64,000 nucleotides of DNA. Source: Phallusia mammillata. Taxonomy: Eukaryota. The notes beneath the pieces were generated by a model that searched no databases, was not told the origin of the DNA, and saw nothing but the letters and a program-made list of their open reading frames with translations. Made by a program: the position numbers and the translations under genes. This document shows positions 1 through 11,769 of the stretch, one piece after another (position 1 is the first letter of the stretch; every line of letters starts with the position of its first letter). Location: positions 10,850,001 to 10,914,000 of the forward strand of contig OZ281494.1 of NCBI GenBank assembly GCA_965637545.1, written 5' to 3'.

Positions 1-483
1 GTAGTAGGCTTGGGAAAACATCAGCGTCAGACCATAGGGTTAAGAAGAGGCGTTAGGGCATTGAATCAGAGTGTTTTGGGGTGTAATACGAAACACAGCA
101 TGGTGTTGGTTTTAAACTCTGTTGTGATTGTGACGTGTTTGTACAATTATTAACTTTTGGCTTCAACTTTCTCGACATTGCTTATTTATGATTTGATGGC
201 GCAATGTTCAGGGCTTACGTATAACTAGTTTGTGTACGGTAGGATAGATTACGTAACGTGTAAATTGTATGACCCGCGCTTAGAGAACGTTTGTTTTGCC
301 GTGCTATTCAATGCTTGACTGCTTTTGTGGTAGTCAGACAGGCCATTGAGCAACATTTTTGACTACAGGCAGATCAAGTGGTAAGGTTTGTTTTGTGACA
401 CTCGTTATTTACTCCAAGAGCGAAGAGCACGTCTATATCCATGACTTTCAAGTTAAGAGTTTAGTCTCTACATCATGAATGTT

Positions 484-3400
484 ATGGCTAGCGGTCAAAA
501 AGACACGACAGACCCCAACCTTGCAGGTAATAGAGTGCATATTTAGAAAATATAAACTGTGCAAGTTGGAAGCATAGCACTCAAAAACAAGGTTGTTTTT
601 ACATTAGCATCAATCATAATAGCCATAAAGCTTGTTGTTGGAATAAGATAACGTGCAGTAGGCAACTCTTGATTTGCTTATTGGTAGTCAACAGTGTAAA
701 AAACAGTACTGCCTAATTTTTTTGTCACTTCAATGTTGATAGCAGAGTTCTTGCCGGTCAGATAGACTTCTAGTTAATATTTTACGAAATTGCAACTACA
801 GCTCAATTGCTTGAAAACAATGAGTATATCAATTTAAGCCACAAACTTAATCACACGGAATTGTGAACTTTTTAAATTCATTGGGTACAACTTTGAGATA
901 TAAAGGAACAGCTGCACTAATGGTATTATGATCAGTGTTGTGTATTTTGTCATACGTATGTACAATAACAGTGATCGTATTCCCACATACCCAATGTAGT
1001 GGGCATGATTCATCAACTGTGGTTAAGGCAGCTTGAGTAAATGCTTGCTCCATACATTCTGTGAGATTGACCAAAGGTAAATTCCTTTCCATATATGACT
1101 CATCAACGTGATTCAATATTATTTATTACGCACGTATCGGGTTTGTGTGTCCAGGAAGCGATTTTCCACACCTTGTGAACGGCCTAGATTTCCAAACCCT
1201 ATTGTGAACTGTAGCTAAACGTGCGTTGAGATGTCTTCAGGATTTTGGCTGTTGCAAACAACGGATGGAAAACATTACTATTGATGTGCAAAAACCGATT
1301 TGATTAAATCCAGAGCTAATTATTGTTATAGGCCTGTAGTTTTAATTTGAATTTTTTACTGCAGAAATGAGGACATTCGAACATTTTTCCGAGGTTCTTG
1401 TATTATATCGGCCGGACCTTGCAAATATTGAACGCGTCAAAATATGCCAATACTAAAAATATATATGAGTACCTTGTTTAAAGTTTGGATTTTTTTATCC
1501 AGCTTGCTGGGACAAGGCCGATATTTTCTACGACGTCATCAAGCAACTTCGAAACTGTGATTTCAAGTATTTTGTTCGCACCAAACTTAAGCTTCCAGAG
1601 CATGAAATTGACAACATTGAGACAGACGTTTCGCGAGATGTGCAAGAACAGCAATACAAGATGCTTCTTAAATGGGAATCCAAGACCGGTGGGTACTGAT
1701 GTTTTAAGCTGGCTGTAGTCATAGCATCAAGTTATCCCGAAGCCAAAGTACAATCGTACATTATGTGTTAACTCAGTGGATTTCAAATGTCGTTCATTAC
1801 TGTGTATTTGTGTCGCCATTTCTCGCAAGTATAAGCGCTCCCTTTATTTTAAGTTTCACAAAGTTGTCCTTTGCGGGTGGAAGTAAGGATAGACTGGGTT
1901 GTTACTTGCTATTTAAACATGTGCATTAAACTACCATTCATCACTTGCTAACTAAACATGTTCATTAAACTACTAGTTCTTTAACTAAATGAGCAAATTT
2001 TAGTTTTCGCTTTGTTTTTCTTATTTCTGCCTTTTGACAAAGGCACTCTTATTAAACACTCCTCTCTTTGTACTTTTGCAGAAGATGCCTCAAAACGACT
2101 GCTAGAGCTGCTACAAGAATACAAAAATGAGTTTACCATGGATCGGGGCTCCGTGGCCGATATGAATGTCATGACACGGTTATTGGGAGTTCAGTAAATC
2201 TATAACGCACCATTGCATTTCTTGCATCTATTTGTTTTTTTAGGTCGGATTTACAGTACAGACTAGTTGTTGAAAAGGTTTGTCAAAAGTTAACAGATGA
2301 AGAACTGGAACGACTCAATAGCATTTATTTTAGGTCAACCCAAAGGTACTTCTAACAGCTGTAGATTCCATATAGTTTAACATCTTTTTGCTTCTGGGGG
2401 AAGAGGGCTGTGATTGTGGCAAAAATAATGTGGTGCTTAAATTGTTATGGTCGTAATGTTTTGCCACTGTCTGATGCTAAAACTATAGACCTGTTGGCTT
2501 AAAGAAGCTTTGTAAACTACTGTTATAAAAAACTTCCTTTTTAACACGGCGTTTTCTGTAGTTCGTTGGCATGATGATCAGTTTTTATGTAACACCAAGA
2601 AGCAAAGTAGGTTTAGTATTTAAGCTGCATACAGTGCCGTATAGGCTAATGTATCCCAAGTTTTACAATACTCCCATACGGCCAATCCCTTGTCACCAGC
2701 TGCACTGATGAGACTGTCTGCAGCTTATTTCTCATAAAAATGGCTCTACGCTTTTACTTTATTGTATCATTTTCCAGTTTGTCAAGTAACACACTCCAAA
2801 TAAGAAATTCCTTTCGTTTATTTTTTAATTTATCATTAACTTTGGGTTGCAGCAACTTCAACAGCGGAAGAGATCTTTTTTATCACATGGAGGATAACAA
2901 CTTGTGGGGTGAAGGGCGGTCAACGACGGGTGAGTATCAAATTCGACCGCATAGCATTTCCTGACATTTGTTCCAATTTTAGACAAGTTGTCACTGGTAC
3001 AGCAAAGCCTTCGAAGTATTGAACGCAACGACCTTGCCCTTGAAATTGATAGGATGAAGAAGGAATATTTAGTTTCGTATTCTATAGGTAGGTGCTACTC
3101 TTGTGCACAATTTATATGATGCATTTCAATCCTTTACCAGTGATGTGCCGAAATTTCAGTTAGCCCAATTGATTCATTTTTTCGGCCGAGTTCTTTTAGG
3201 AATTTTCCAGCCGATTGGCAACTGGGCAAAGGTCCCATTTATGTTATTACAAAACGGGTGTTCACCTTCCAGCCAGTAATACGCGTCTTATTTGTCCAGT
3301 TACAGATCACTGACGAGTTTTAATCTGCGCTGTATCCATTGCACGGTGAACCAAACCCCTGCACACATCTGTACAATTTGTACACTTTCCCAAATAGCCT

Positions 3401-6188
3401 TGTCAAAACGTTTTGGGTAAAAATTGACTAAATTTTAGGGAATGAAGCCCTGAAGGATTTGTTAATCGTCGAGAGATGGTATTATTATGTGCATCTTGCA
3501 AAACTATCGTTGTTTTGATTCAACACAACCTTAATGGCCACTGTTTGTTACTAGACGACTTGAAGGGTCACCGGTGGAGTACAACTGATGTGGAAATAGA
3601 CGATTGGCACCAAAAGGTAAGATTTATACAAACTCGCGCAAAAATTCACTTCATAGCCTTTTCACAACTTCAGGTGGTTATTCGTCGAAATGTTTCTGCC
3701 CCAAACACTCCGCACCGCAAGTCGTTCCGACTCTCAGGTATATCTTATTGCTTCTCATCTGTTGGTCCATGGTGACTTTCATACTATGTTTTCATGTTGT
3801 GGGTTTGGGCCATGTGAGAAGTGGCCGTGTTGGGCGGTGAAACACTGACGCAGTAAAATACTTTACCTTAATAGAAAATGTTTTGTTCTTGTGATTTAGA
3901 CGGTCTAAGTCAGGTGTGCACAACCTGCAGCCGTACGGTCGCATGCGGCCGCATGGATGAGTTTTTATTTTTATTTTACTCTTTAAAACAAAATATAACT
4001 TACAATAGTTTAAAAATTAATGATCAATTAGGTAGATATTTTTTGAAAATGGTATGGTCATTGATATTCTTTAATTAGCCTTGTGGTTCATGACCTGAAA
4101 CAAGTTAAGAATTTTTGATACATACGGTTTTACTGTGTGATAGTGTAATAATGCATTTGTTTGCAGCCACCTCCAGCGAACCACCGTTGCATCTTGAATC
4201 AATGGGTGAAGAACTTGTCGGATATCAAGGTAGGCAGACACAGCCGCTTTTTGTACCATTATAGACAAACCAGCAGCAAAATACATTTATAAAAAAAACC
4301 AGTCAGATTTGATTTCCCTTTCGCTGCCAAGTATATTTATTCTCTCCCTACAGAAAAAAAGCAAGACCAAGTACTTTCGTATACCACCACGTGCCTTAGT
4401 AGGCTTATTTGTATTTGGGACACTTATCGGCTCCGTTATAAATATAATCGAAATTTTACTTATCTTAGCGTGCTTATTTTTATATTCTTTATCTGGGTAA
4501 CTAAATTTGAGTTAACTAAAAACAGTACTGTAATAAAATATATTAAACAAAGATTTTCATTTTGTACACTGCTTATTACTGGCAGATATGTTGCTGTTAA
4601 CTGTTTTAAATGGTTTTGTTATATTGTTTGCGTTGCAGTATCTCACCCTTCCAGATTGTGGAGAAATTCGGAATCGTCCGACCGTTTGTATCTAAAAGGT
4701 AACATTGTCCCTGTTGATCAACGCTAAGCTCGTGCCAACTGAGATATATTTTAAGGGGCATCCAGTGATACGTGCATCGTCCAATTCAAGTTAGAAGAAG
4801 TGATTCCAGTAAAGGGTATAACTAAAAAAAATGTTCTATTACTGTATGATTGATTTTAGTATGTGGTAAACTGAATCTCAAAAGTTTGCAGTTTTTCTCG
4901 TTAAGGTACACTGCGTAAAGCTTGGTAGCAATGAGGTCAAAGTGAATTAATGCACATTGTGAAGACTTTTTCTCTTCTTAAGTGTCGTCGAAAATTAAAA
5001 CAATATCCTTCAAGGGCGTTTAGTCGTCTTTTTGTTTTCGTGTTATAAATCGTTGTTTCAAACAAAAACCTCGGTCTGACTATGCCACTATTTAAGTAAT
5101 CTGATAATTCACAGGAAAAAGGTCGTAAGTCATGAGTCCCTTTCTAAAAGAGACACGTTTTAATTCATTTTGTTTGTTTTTCCTGCAATTTAAATGCCCG
5201 GTAGATTGAGATAAAACTTTAAACGCAACGCGTAGTAAAGCTAAACTCGACTTTTGGTTTAAATCGCACAGGCATGCATTTCCGCTTGCAGTTGCCTTGA
5301 CTACCATAAGTAAATGTATTTACTTCATTAGTTTTATATCACATTTCAGATGAGAATGATCTGGAAAAAGAGGGAAAGTCACAGGAGGCTTTGAGTTTAT
5401 TACGCAAGCAAATGCAACTAGACTCTAATCATCGTGATATTCTGTTGCTCATAAAGTGTTTCCTAATTGCCGTCAAAGCGGGTAACTTCACGGAAGTCAG
5501 TAACGCTCGCGAACGCCTGACAAACCTTATTCAAATCAACATTGAGACCTCTGCGCGAGAAATCAAAACTTTTGCTGAAAAGCTACGAAACACCAACTCC
5601 AACTTAAAAGCAATTCTTTTCTGTTTAATTTCGTCTGATTTCTATGCAAGCGAGCGCTCAGAACAAAACACTACGTCACGCGGTATTGAACGCTGCGCTC
5701 ATGGGATCAAGCAAGCCAGCATACGTATACTTCAGGACGATGCCACTGGTGTACAGGTTGTTAATGGTTTTGTGATACCGGCATTAAAAGAGATGTTCAA
5801 GAAGTTTCAATACCTACATAACGATGATGAAACAAGTCGGTGTATCAACAAAGCGAAGTGCTTTCGTCACCTCAGTGCTATTGAAGGCGCGCTTGGGAAT
5901 CATAAGACACGATTAGAGTTGTTGTTTGAGGCAATAACACTTCTGCGAAGCCAGTTTGGCGAAAACGAAGTTAGTAAGTTTTACGTTTACGGGCGGTGCC
6001 TCAATGCTCTAGGTAGAACTCATATTGCCATGAAGGATCTTCCAAGCGCCAAACATTACTTCCAACTGGCTTTGGAAGCCACAAAGCAAGCTGAAGATTT
6101 TGAAAGCGAGCAGGATCAGATGGTTGAAGTGAAAACCATAGAGAACAATATAAAAAGTGTTGGATCGTTGCATGATACTGTCGTTTAA
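484..6188 (+). CDS. Multi-exon death-fold protein: N-terminal death domain, death effector domain, linker, C-terminal TPR-like helical domain
   Basis: Phase-consistent GT-AG exons 484-526 (MASGQKDTTDPNLA), 1503-1688 (CWDKADIFYDVIKQLRNCDFKYFVRTKLKLPEHEIDNIETDVSRDVQEQQYKMLLKWESKT, DD-like), 2082-2193, 2244-2345 (YRLVVEKVCQKLTDEELERL), 2853-2929 (SGRDLFYHMEDNNL), 2983-3087 (LQQSLRSIERNDL-type RxDL motif of DEDs) and terminal exon 5350-6188 (TPR-like RCLNALGRTHIAMKDLPSAKHYFQLALE). Probable small linker exons at 3555-3616, 3674-3737 and 4167-4229; 4354-4398 and 4639-4698 are uncertain. Confidence 0.75.
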
Positions 6189-6405
6189 TGAAAAATATCC
6201 TGTACTGTAAGACGAAAAATACGCTTGTTATCATAGATTTATTGCAAGTGAAAATGCTGATACGTTTTGTCGTTATTCTTAATCGCTTTTCAGTATTCCT
6301 CATTTCGTGCTTGCATCATTACCAAAAGTATTTTTGCTTTCTTGTATTTATTGGTACAAGACCTGTATTTGATTAAACTAAAAAAAGTTCTGTGGGTTTA
6401 ACGTG

Positions 6406-6419
6406 CCACTAGATGTCGC
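6406..6419 (+). promoter_or_regulatory. CTCF-like motif CCACTAGATGTCGC
   Basis: Close match to the CTCF core CCASYAGRKGGCRS. Lies between the stop codon of the upstream gene and the FoxA regulatory block. Confidence 0.45.
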
Positions 6420-6989
6420 CACTGAGACGAAATCACCCAAGCATAACACGTTTGCAACTTTTGATAAATACAGCCAAGTAGCACCAAATAAACTGTTAAA
6501 CAAAGCAGTTTATCGGAAGTTTTAAATCAAAACACCAAACATTTTCTTCACTCACAACTGTATTTTTGCTGGAAGACATTTTAACATCCAACTTACAATT
6601 CACCATATACCATACCTCAGTCTAGTACGGAGGGTAAAAGACACTTATTGTAAATTTGTTGGCTTGTTTATATATTTAGAAGCACAATGATACAAAAAGT
6701 TTGGAAGCATCATTAATGTATACAGCTTTTTTGCAAATATATCCGCAAAAATGCGATTTGAGGTAAGATTACCACTTTCTCGAAAGGCTGATACATTTTT
6801 GGGCGACTTTGTCTGACTGATAAATATAATATATTTTTCTTTAGTCCAGGGCTCGCATGAAAACAGAGTTTATCAAGCAAATGTTTGATTACAATCCATA
6901 GAAGGAAAACGTTTTTGCAAGCAAAGACTACAAAAAAACAATAATTGACCTATTGGAGCGTCTTGGGCACGAATAGCTGATATCAGCAA

Positions 6990-8120
6990 AAACGGAACAA
7001 TCAATTCAAACATCATTCAAGTTGCAAACCTGGTCGCGGACATTGCACCCGAAGCCGTTCTAATTTAAAACCAGGAACAATCGTACCCAAAAAAACTCGA
7101 TCGATTTTAGCGAAGGCCGTTGCTTGACTCAAGCAGGGTATCACGATCGCAAACAAAACATCAAAAACCTGCGTCCGCGTCCCGAAAACGCGGCTCAACC
7201 ACAATGGGACCCCCCATTGATGAATCGCATGAGGTGCATGATGACGTAGCGGGTGTGGTCCACCGGTTCTCCGATCTTTTGTTCAAATTCTATTGACGCT
7301 CTGGCTGGGGATTGTTTATTCCAAAATGGCCGCCGATTTAGCTCTGCTTAGTCGCAATACGGCGGGTTGAGGGGTGGCGGGCGGAAGAGTGTCGAATGCC
7401 GCTGAAATGGCCCCTCGCCTGGTCAATAATTAATCCAGTATTTGAACGCGCCCAAATCGTGCGAACACAACGAGTCGGCGAACTGGAATGGGAGCGCGGT
7501 GGTGACTCGCAGCGCCCGCAAATGGCAATTAAATGCTGCGCAACGGTAAGGGAAACGTCCGGACGAACACGCGACGCTTCAACCAATCTTGGTGCTTGTA
7601 AAGCGAAAGAGCCCGCGCGAGCGCTGTAAAGCGTCACGACAGGTAAGATCAAATATTTGCTGTCGGATTAATCATCAAACGGGGGAGCTGGGAGCGTTGA
7701 CTGCGCCATCGATGTTTGCTGTGCTCTTAATTGCCCGCGCCGAATCCGTTATCGTTGCCTTGCCTCGTGCTTTATCAAACTCGAAACAGTATGTTCCCGC
7801 TTTTCTTGTAACTGCTTCGCCCCGAAAGCCGCCTTAGGCATCCAGTTATATTAAAACCTGAGATCTTGCGCAATATCCCCCAGCAGGTAGACGGGTAAGC
7901 TCCACAATAGCAAAGATCATTTTCCCCTTTATCGATATCTCCATCTTCACCAAATCAATTGTTGAAAATCAAAGGTTTGTAAGCGATTATTCAACCGCGG
8001 TCGGTTCATCCACGTGCGATAACGCCCCGTGGCTGACCCCAGCGATATGGGGGAACCTCAGACAGTGCGATTTATATCTGAGGGTGCGATTCACATTCCC
8101 ATCACTCACTTGATGCTTGA
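6990..8120. promoter_or_regulatory. GC/CpG-rich non-coding block, putative FoxA distal cis-regulatory module
   Basis: Visibly more GC/CpG-rich than its flanks, with no credible ORF. Contains a YY1-like AAAATGGCCGCC (7323-7334), a Zic-like CAGCAGG (7881-7887), a TCF/LEF ATCAAAG (7968-7974) and GATA sites. Confidence 0.45.
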
Positions 8121-9869
8121 TAACGCCTTTGTCTGTCTACAATCGAAAGCCCATCGGTGCACAGGTGCTGGCTGTTTGACGATCCTAGCCGTTTCTCAAG
8201 GCAAACTCTTTTTGTTTTTGAGAGAGAAATTCGACATCAACAGCAATTTTTTTGGCAAGTTCTATAGATGAACATCCTTTATCAAGACAAAACTGCTTTC
8301 TCAATTCTGATGATTTATACTACTTTGAATATCACATCTGTCAAAAGCAACCTTAGGAAAATAACAACATATATGATTGTTGTATTTTTTTAACAAATAC
8401 AAAACTAAAACTAAGAAGAAACCTTATATATCTTTCCTTATTGACATATATCTTTTTTTTAAACAAATACTGTTTGTTTTCCAGAAGAGTTATAAATGTA
8501 AAAATTGATGACTCGAATGTATCAAATAATATAAATTGCATGCTAGCTGCAACAACTAACAAAAAAACACGTTTGGTTCTGAAAATTAATTTAACAATCT
8601 TACAAAATATATATGCAGCGTATCATTTCTTGAACCTTCTCGATAATCAAACTCATCACAAAAGTTACCATTTCCCGGACAACCTGTATAGTTGTCTTGT
8701 CGGATTATTGTTCATGATCCTCCCAGCATCTAAACTCTCTAATAGTAGAGTGCTGTTTGGCTTGCACAGCCCGATTTGCTCTGGATTGGCCGTGTCCATG
8801 TAAATTTACCTTCACGCTTGGTAATATAGACTTCTGTTTGTGATAGCCAGCAAATCAAATAGCAGGCAGATTCGTGGATAAACTCTCGCTTATTTACAGT
8901 TTCGGATTTATAACTGTATGTTCGGGCGGGACATGTGTGTACCCAGGCTTTGTGAACATACGGTCTATCAACACACATCTAAACGTGTTCAATACGTTTA
9001 ATAAATAGATCTGGTATGGTATCAGTAAATACTCAAAGTTTGCTTGATCTGTTTGAATCAACAGTGCTACGATCGTGGAAATTTTAACAACATATTTGCG
9101 AGAAAATATTGACAAAGAAACCCAAATGCGGCTATGTCTCTTTACATCAGCGCCTCCTAGTCAATGGTACGAAAGCTTGTTTGAAAGTTCAATATTGTAT
9201 CATTTGATCGCTCTGTTGACATGTATAATATGGATTTGGATTCTAAACAGCCTTTCAAGCTTTGTCAACAGCCGTGCCGGTATACTATGTTGACAGTTAC
9301 ACAATTTGATGGGCCATTGCTTTTGACAACATTTGGCGTGAGTACTTTATTTCCAGCTCACCTCTTTCGGAATATCGTGCAGTTCAATTTTAATTATTTG
9401 TTGAAACAGGCTGTGTGAATGGTTTGTGGTCCTCTATCTATATATGCTCGCCTGTGCATTATTGTCTATTCAGTGTTAAATCGTCCACAGAAGGTGCTCC
9501 TGGGTTATAAGCAAAACAAGAGTACTTATTTATTGTTTTGAATTACAAATAAATTGTAACACTTATTTTCCGAATCAAAAATGGAATTTGAACAAAACAA
9601 ACCATTTGTCGTTTTAATGCCTATATTTCTTCCCAATTGAAGATTTTGTACATTAGGCAGATTGGTTCACACGATTTTAATATTTAACATTTTGAACGCT
9701 ACCCGTTTTACAGTCGTAATCTGTGAGGATGTCGTAATTCAGGGCAAGTTGGCGCCAATTCTGGCTCGTAACTCTTACAAGGCTGGTGCAGGTCTTGGAC
9801 AAAATTGTCCTTCAGATTTCGTTGTACCTGTTAGCCCGTGGACGGTATACGGCAAAAACAGGAACGCAA

Positions 9870-10131
9870 GTTAAATATTAAATGCTGCGAGGGTCTCGCG
9901 TCGAGAGAGCACGCCTCATCCCGCCATCCATTTCAGTTTGTTCCTTGCCCATGCGCCAATGGCTTGTGTGTGCCGTGCGTTGTTTGCTAAAGTACGGCGG
10001 TGCTCGTCGACGAACGGGGTGTACGAGAAACGATTGGCAGGGAGCAGCAAACGACATTCCGAATCAGGAAGAAACGTCAAGGTGTCAGCCTCTGTAGCTA
10101 GTTAAAAAATTGCGTTCGAGTTTGCATAGAA
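9870..10131 (+). promoter_or_regulatory. FoxA proximal promoter / 5' leader
   Basis: CpG-rich stretch directly before the ATG, with CCAAT boxes on both strands (gcgccaatgg ~9953; gattggc ~10032) and a forkhead-type site TGTTTGC (~9981). Confidence 0.45.
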
Positions 10132-11769
10132 ATGTACGGCACTACTCCTTCAACCGAGATGCTAGCAGCACCGACAGCAAGATACCCAGTGACTTATCAG
10201 CCCAGCTATTCGACGCCACCAGGAGTACCATCGTCCTACCAGAACGCCGTCAATGTGGTACCAACTTACAGTACTAACCCTTCGGGGGCCATCGCCAGCC
10301 CCATGACTCAAGCATTCGGAGCAAATCTGCCACATCCGTCTTCAGTAACCAACCAGTATTCGCAACAGCTTAACTCGCACGTCGGAATGTCTTCGCCATA
10401 TCCAGTAAGTCCAAATATAGGAATTAGTCCCAATATGGCGCTTGTGCCTGGACACCGACCAGTGGACAAGGGACCCAACGCTTACCGACGTACCTATACC
10501 CATGCGAAACCTCCTTACAGCTATATATCTTTGATCACAATGGCAATTCAGTCTTGCCCATCGAAGATGATGACTCTAAGTGAGGTTTATCAGTGGATCA
10601 TGGATTTGTTTCCATTTTACCGTTCAAATCAGCAGCGATGGCAAAACTCAATCAGGCACAGTTTGTCCTTCAATGACTGTTTCGTCAAAGTTCCGCGGTC
10701 GCCTGATAAACCTGGCAAAGGTTCTTACTGGAGTTTGCATCCAGACGCAGGGAACATGTTTGAAAACGGATGCTACCTACGTAGGCAAAAGCGCTTTAAA
10801 TGCGAGAAGAAGGCTGCTATTAAAGCTGCCCAACAAACCAAAGTAAAGGACGAACCGGATAAGGTTAAAGACGGAGAAAGTTATGAAGAAAACCCGATGG
10901 TGGTTGCCAACAACTCCGCTCAACTTGAAGACCACGAAGGCCACATTGACACCAAACCGGTACTAATTGGTGATCACAATTCACCATCAATGGGACAACA
11001 GCAGGAAACTAATGGTTCGAGTCTTCAGCCTTTGGAGCCAGTTGTGAACCCGTCACAGTCTTCAACCATTGCTCTTACTGAGTCAGGACAAGGTGCGCAG
11101 GCGGTGTTGTCGCCTATGTCTACCACTCTTCTGGTGGGAAACAACCAACAGCAAGCAATGTACGCCGGCTACCATCATCAAACCTTTATGCCACAGTTTC
11201 AGCAGGTGATGCAAACACCAGACGGTTTGATGACGAACTTAGCAGGACACCCGCCTATCCATATGAACGCTCTGAAACAGGACGCACAGTATTCTCGCTC
11301 GCATCCATTCTCTATCAACAGTCTGATTAGCGATCCCGAAAACAAAGACATGCGCGTTTACCAGGATCCACAAATCCAGATGCAATATTACTCTCCTCTT
11401 CAGTCGCATCCTTCCTCAGCCTTGCTTCCACCTCCTCCAGTCAGTGTCCTTCCCCAATATCAAGCCGCTCATCAACAGGAAGCTGCATCTCAGCCGATGG
11501 CGACCTCTGCCTCGTCGCCCACCACAGAACAGCCGCAGCAGCAAAGTTCGAACGCAACGGAGCTGAACCATCACGTGATGCAATCAGTAACGCCGAGTCA
11601 CGTGGCCACACCGCATCACCAACAACAACAACAACAGCAGCAGCAGCAGCAACATCTTCTGACGATGTCAGGTATCAATCAGGCACAGATATCGGAGGCA
11701 TCGTACTACACGGCTAACGTACAATCGTCAGTCATGCAGCCTACACAGGCCCAGCAGTCCCAGAGCTAA
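10132..11769 (+). CDS. FOXA: Forkhead box A (HNF3) transcription factor, intronless, 545 aa
   Basis: Forkhead domain [22 protein letters not shown]...[59 protein letters not shown] is FoxA-diagnostic. eh1-type motif HPFSINSLI starts at 11302. Confidence 0.97.
   Translation: MYGTTPSTEMLAAPTARYPVTYQPSYSTPPGVPSSYQNAVNVVPTYSTNPSGAIASPMTQAFGANLPHPSSVTNQYSQQLNSHVGMSSPYPVSPNIGISPNMALVPGHRPVDKGPNAYRRTYTHAKPPYSYISLITMAIQSCPSKMMTLSEVYQWIMDLFPFYRSNQQRWQNSIRHSLSFNDCFVKVPRSPDKPGKGSYWSLHPDAGNMFENGCYLRRQKRFKCEKKAAIKAAQQTKVKDEPDKVKDGESYEENPMVVANNSAQLEDHEGHIDTKPVLIGDHNSPSMGQQQETNGSSLQPLEPVVNPSQSSTIALTESGQGAQAVLSPMSTTLLVGNNQQQAMYAGYHHQTFMPQFQQVMQTPDGLMTNLAGHPPIHMNALKQDAQYSRSHPFSINSLISDPENKDMRVYQDPQIQMQYYSPLQSHPSSALLPPPPVSVLPQYQAAHQQEAASQPMATSASSPTTEQPQQQSSNATELNHHVMQSVTPSHVATPHHQQQQQQQQQQQHLLTMSGINQAQISEASYYTANVQSSVMQPTQAQQSQS
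11620..11652 (+). repeat. (CAA)5(CAG)5CAA polyglutamine tract in FoxA
   Basis: caacaacaacaacaacagcagcagcagcagcaa encodes Q11. Confidence 0.9.

Noticed and set aside
847-1116. 89-aa minus-strand ORF in intron 1 of the death-fold gene
   Set aside because: No motif I can recognise. It could be a transposon relic, but I cannot support that.
2704-2745. CTGATGA followed by an inverted repeat (possible hammerhead)
   Set aside because: No GAAA core or cleavage triplet in the required position.
7013-7837. Several 60-105 aa ORFs on both strands upstream of FoxA
   Set aside because: Expected by chance in GC-rich DNA. No domain similarity or splice architecture.
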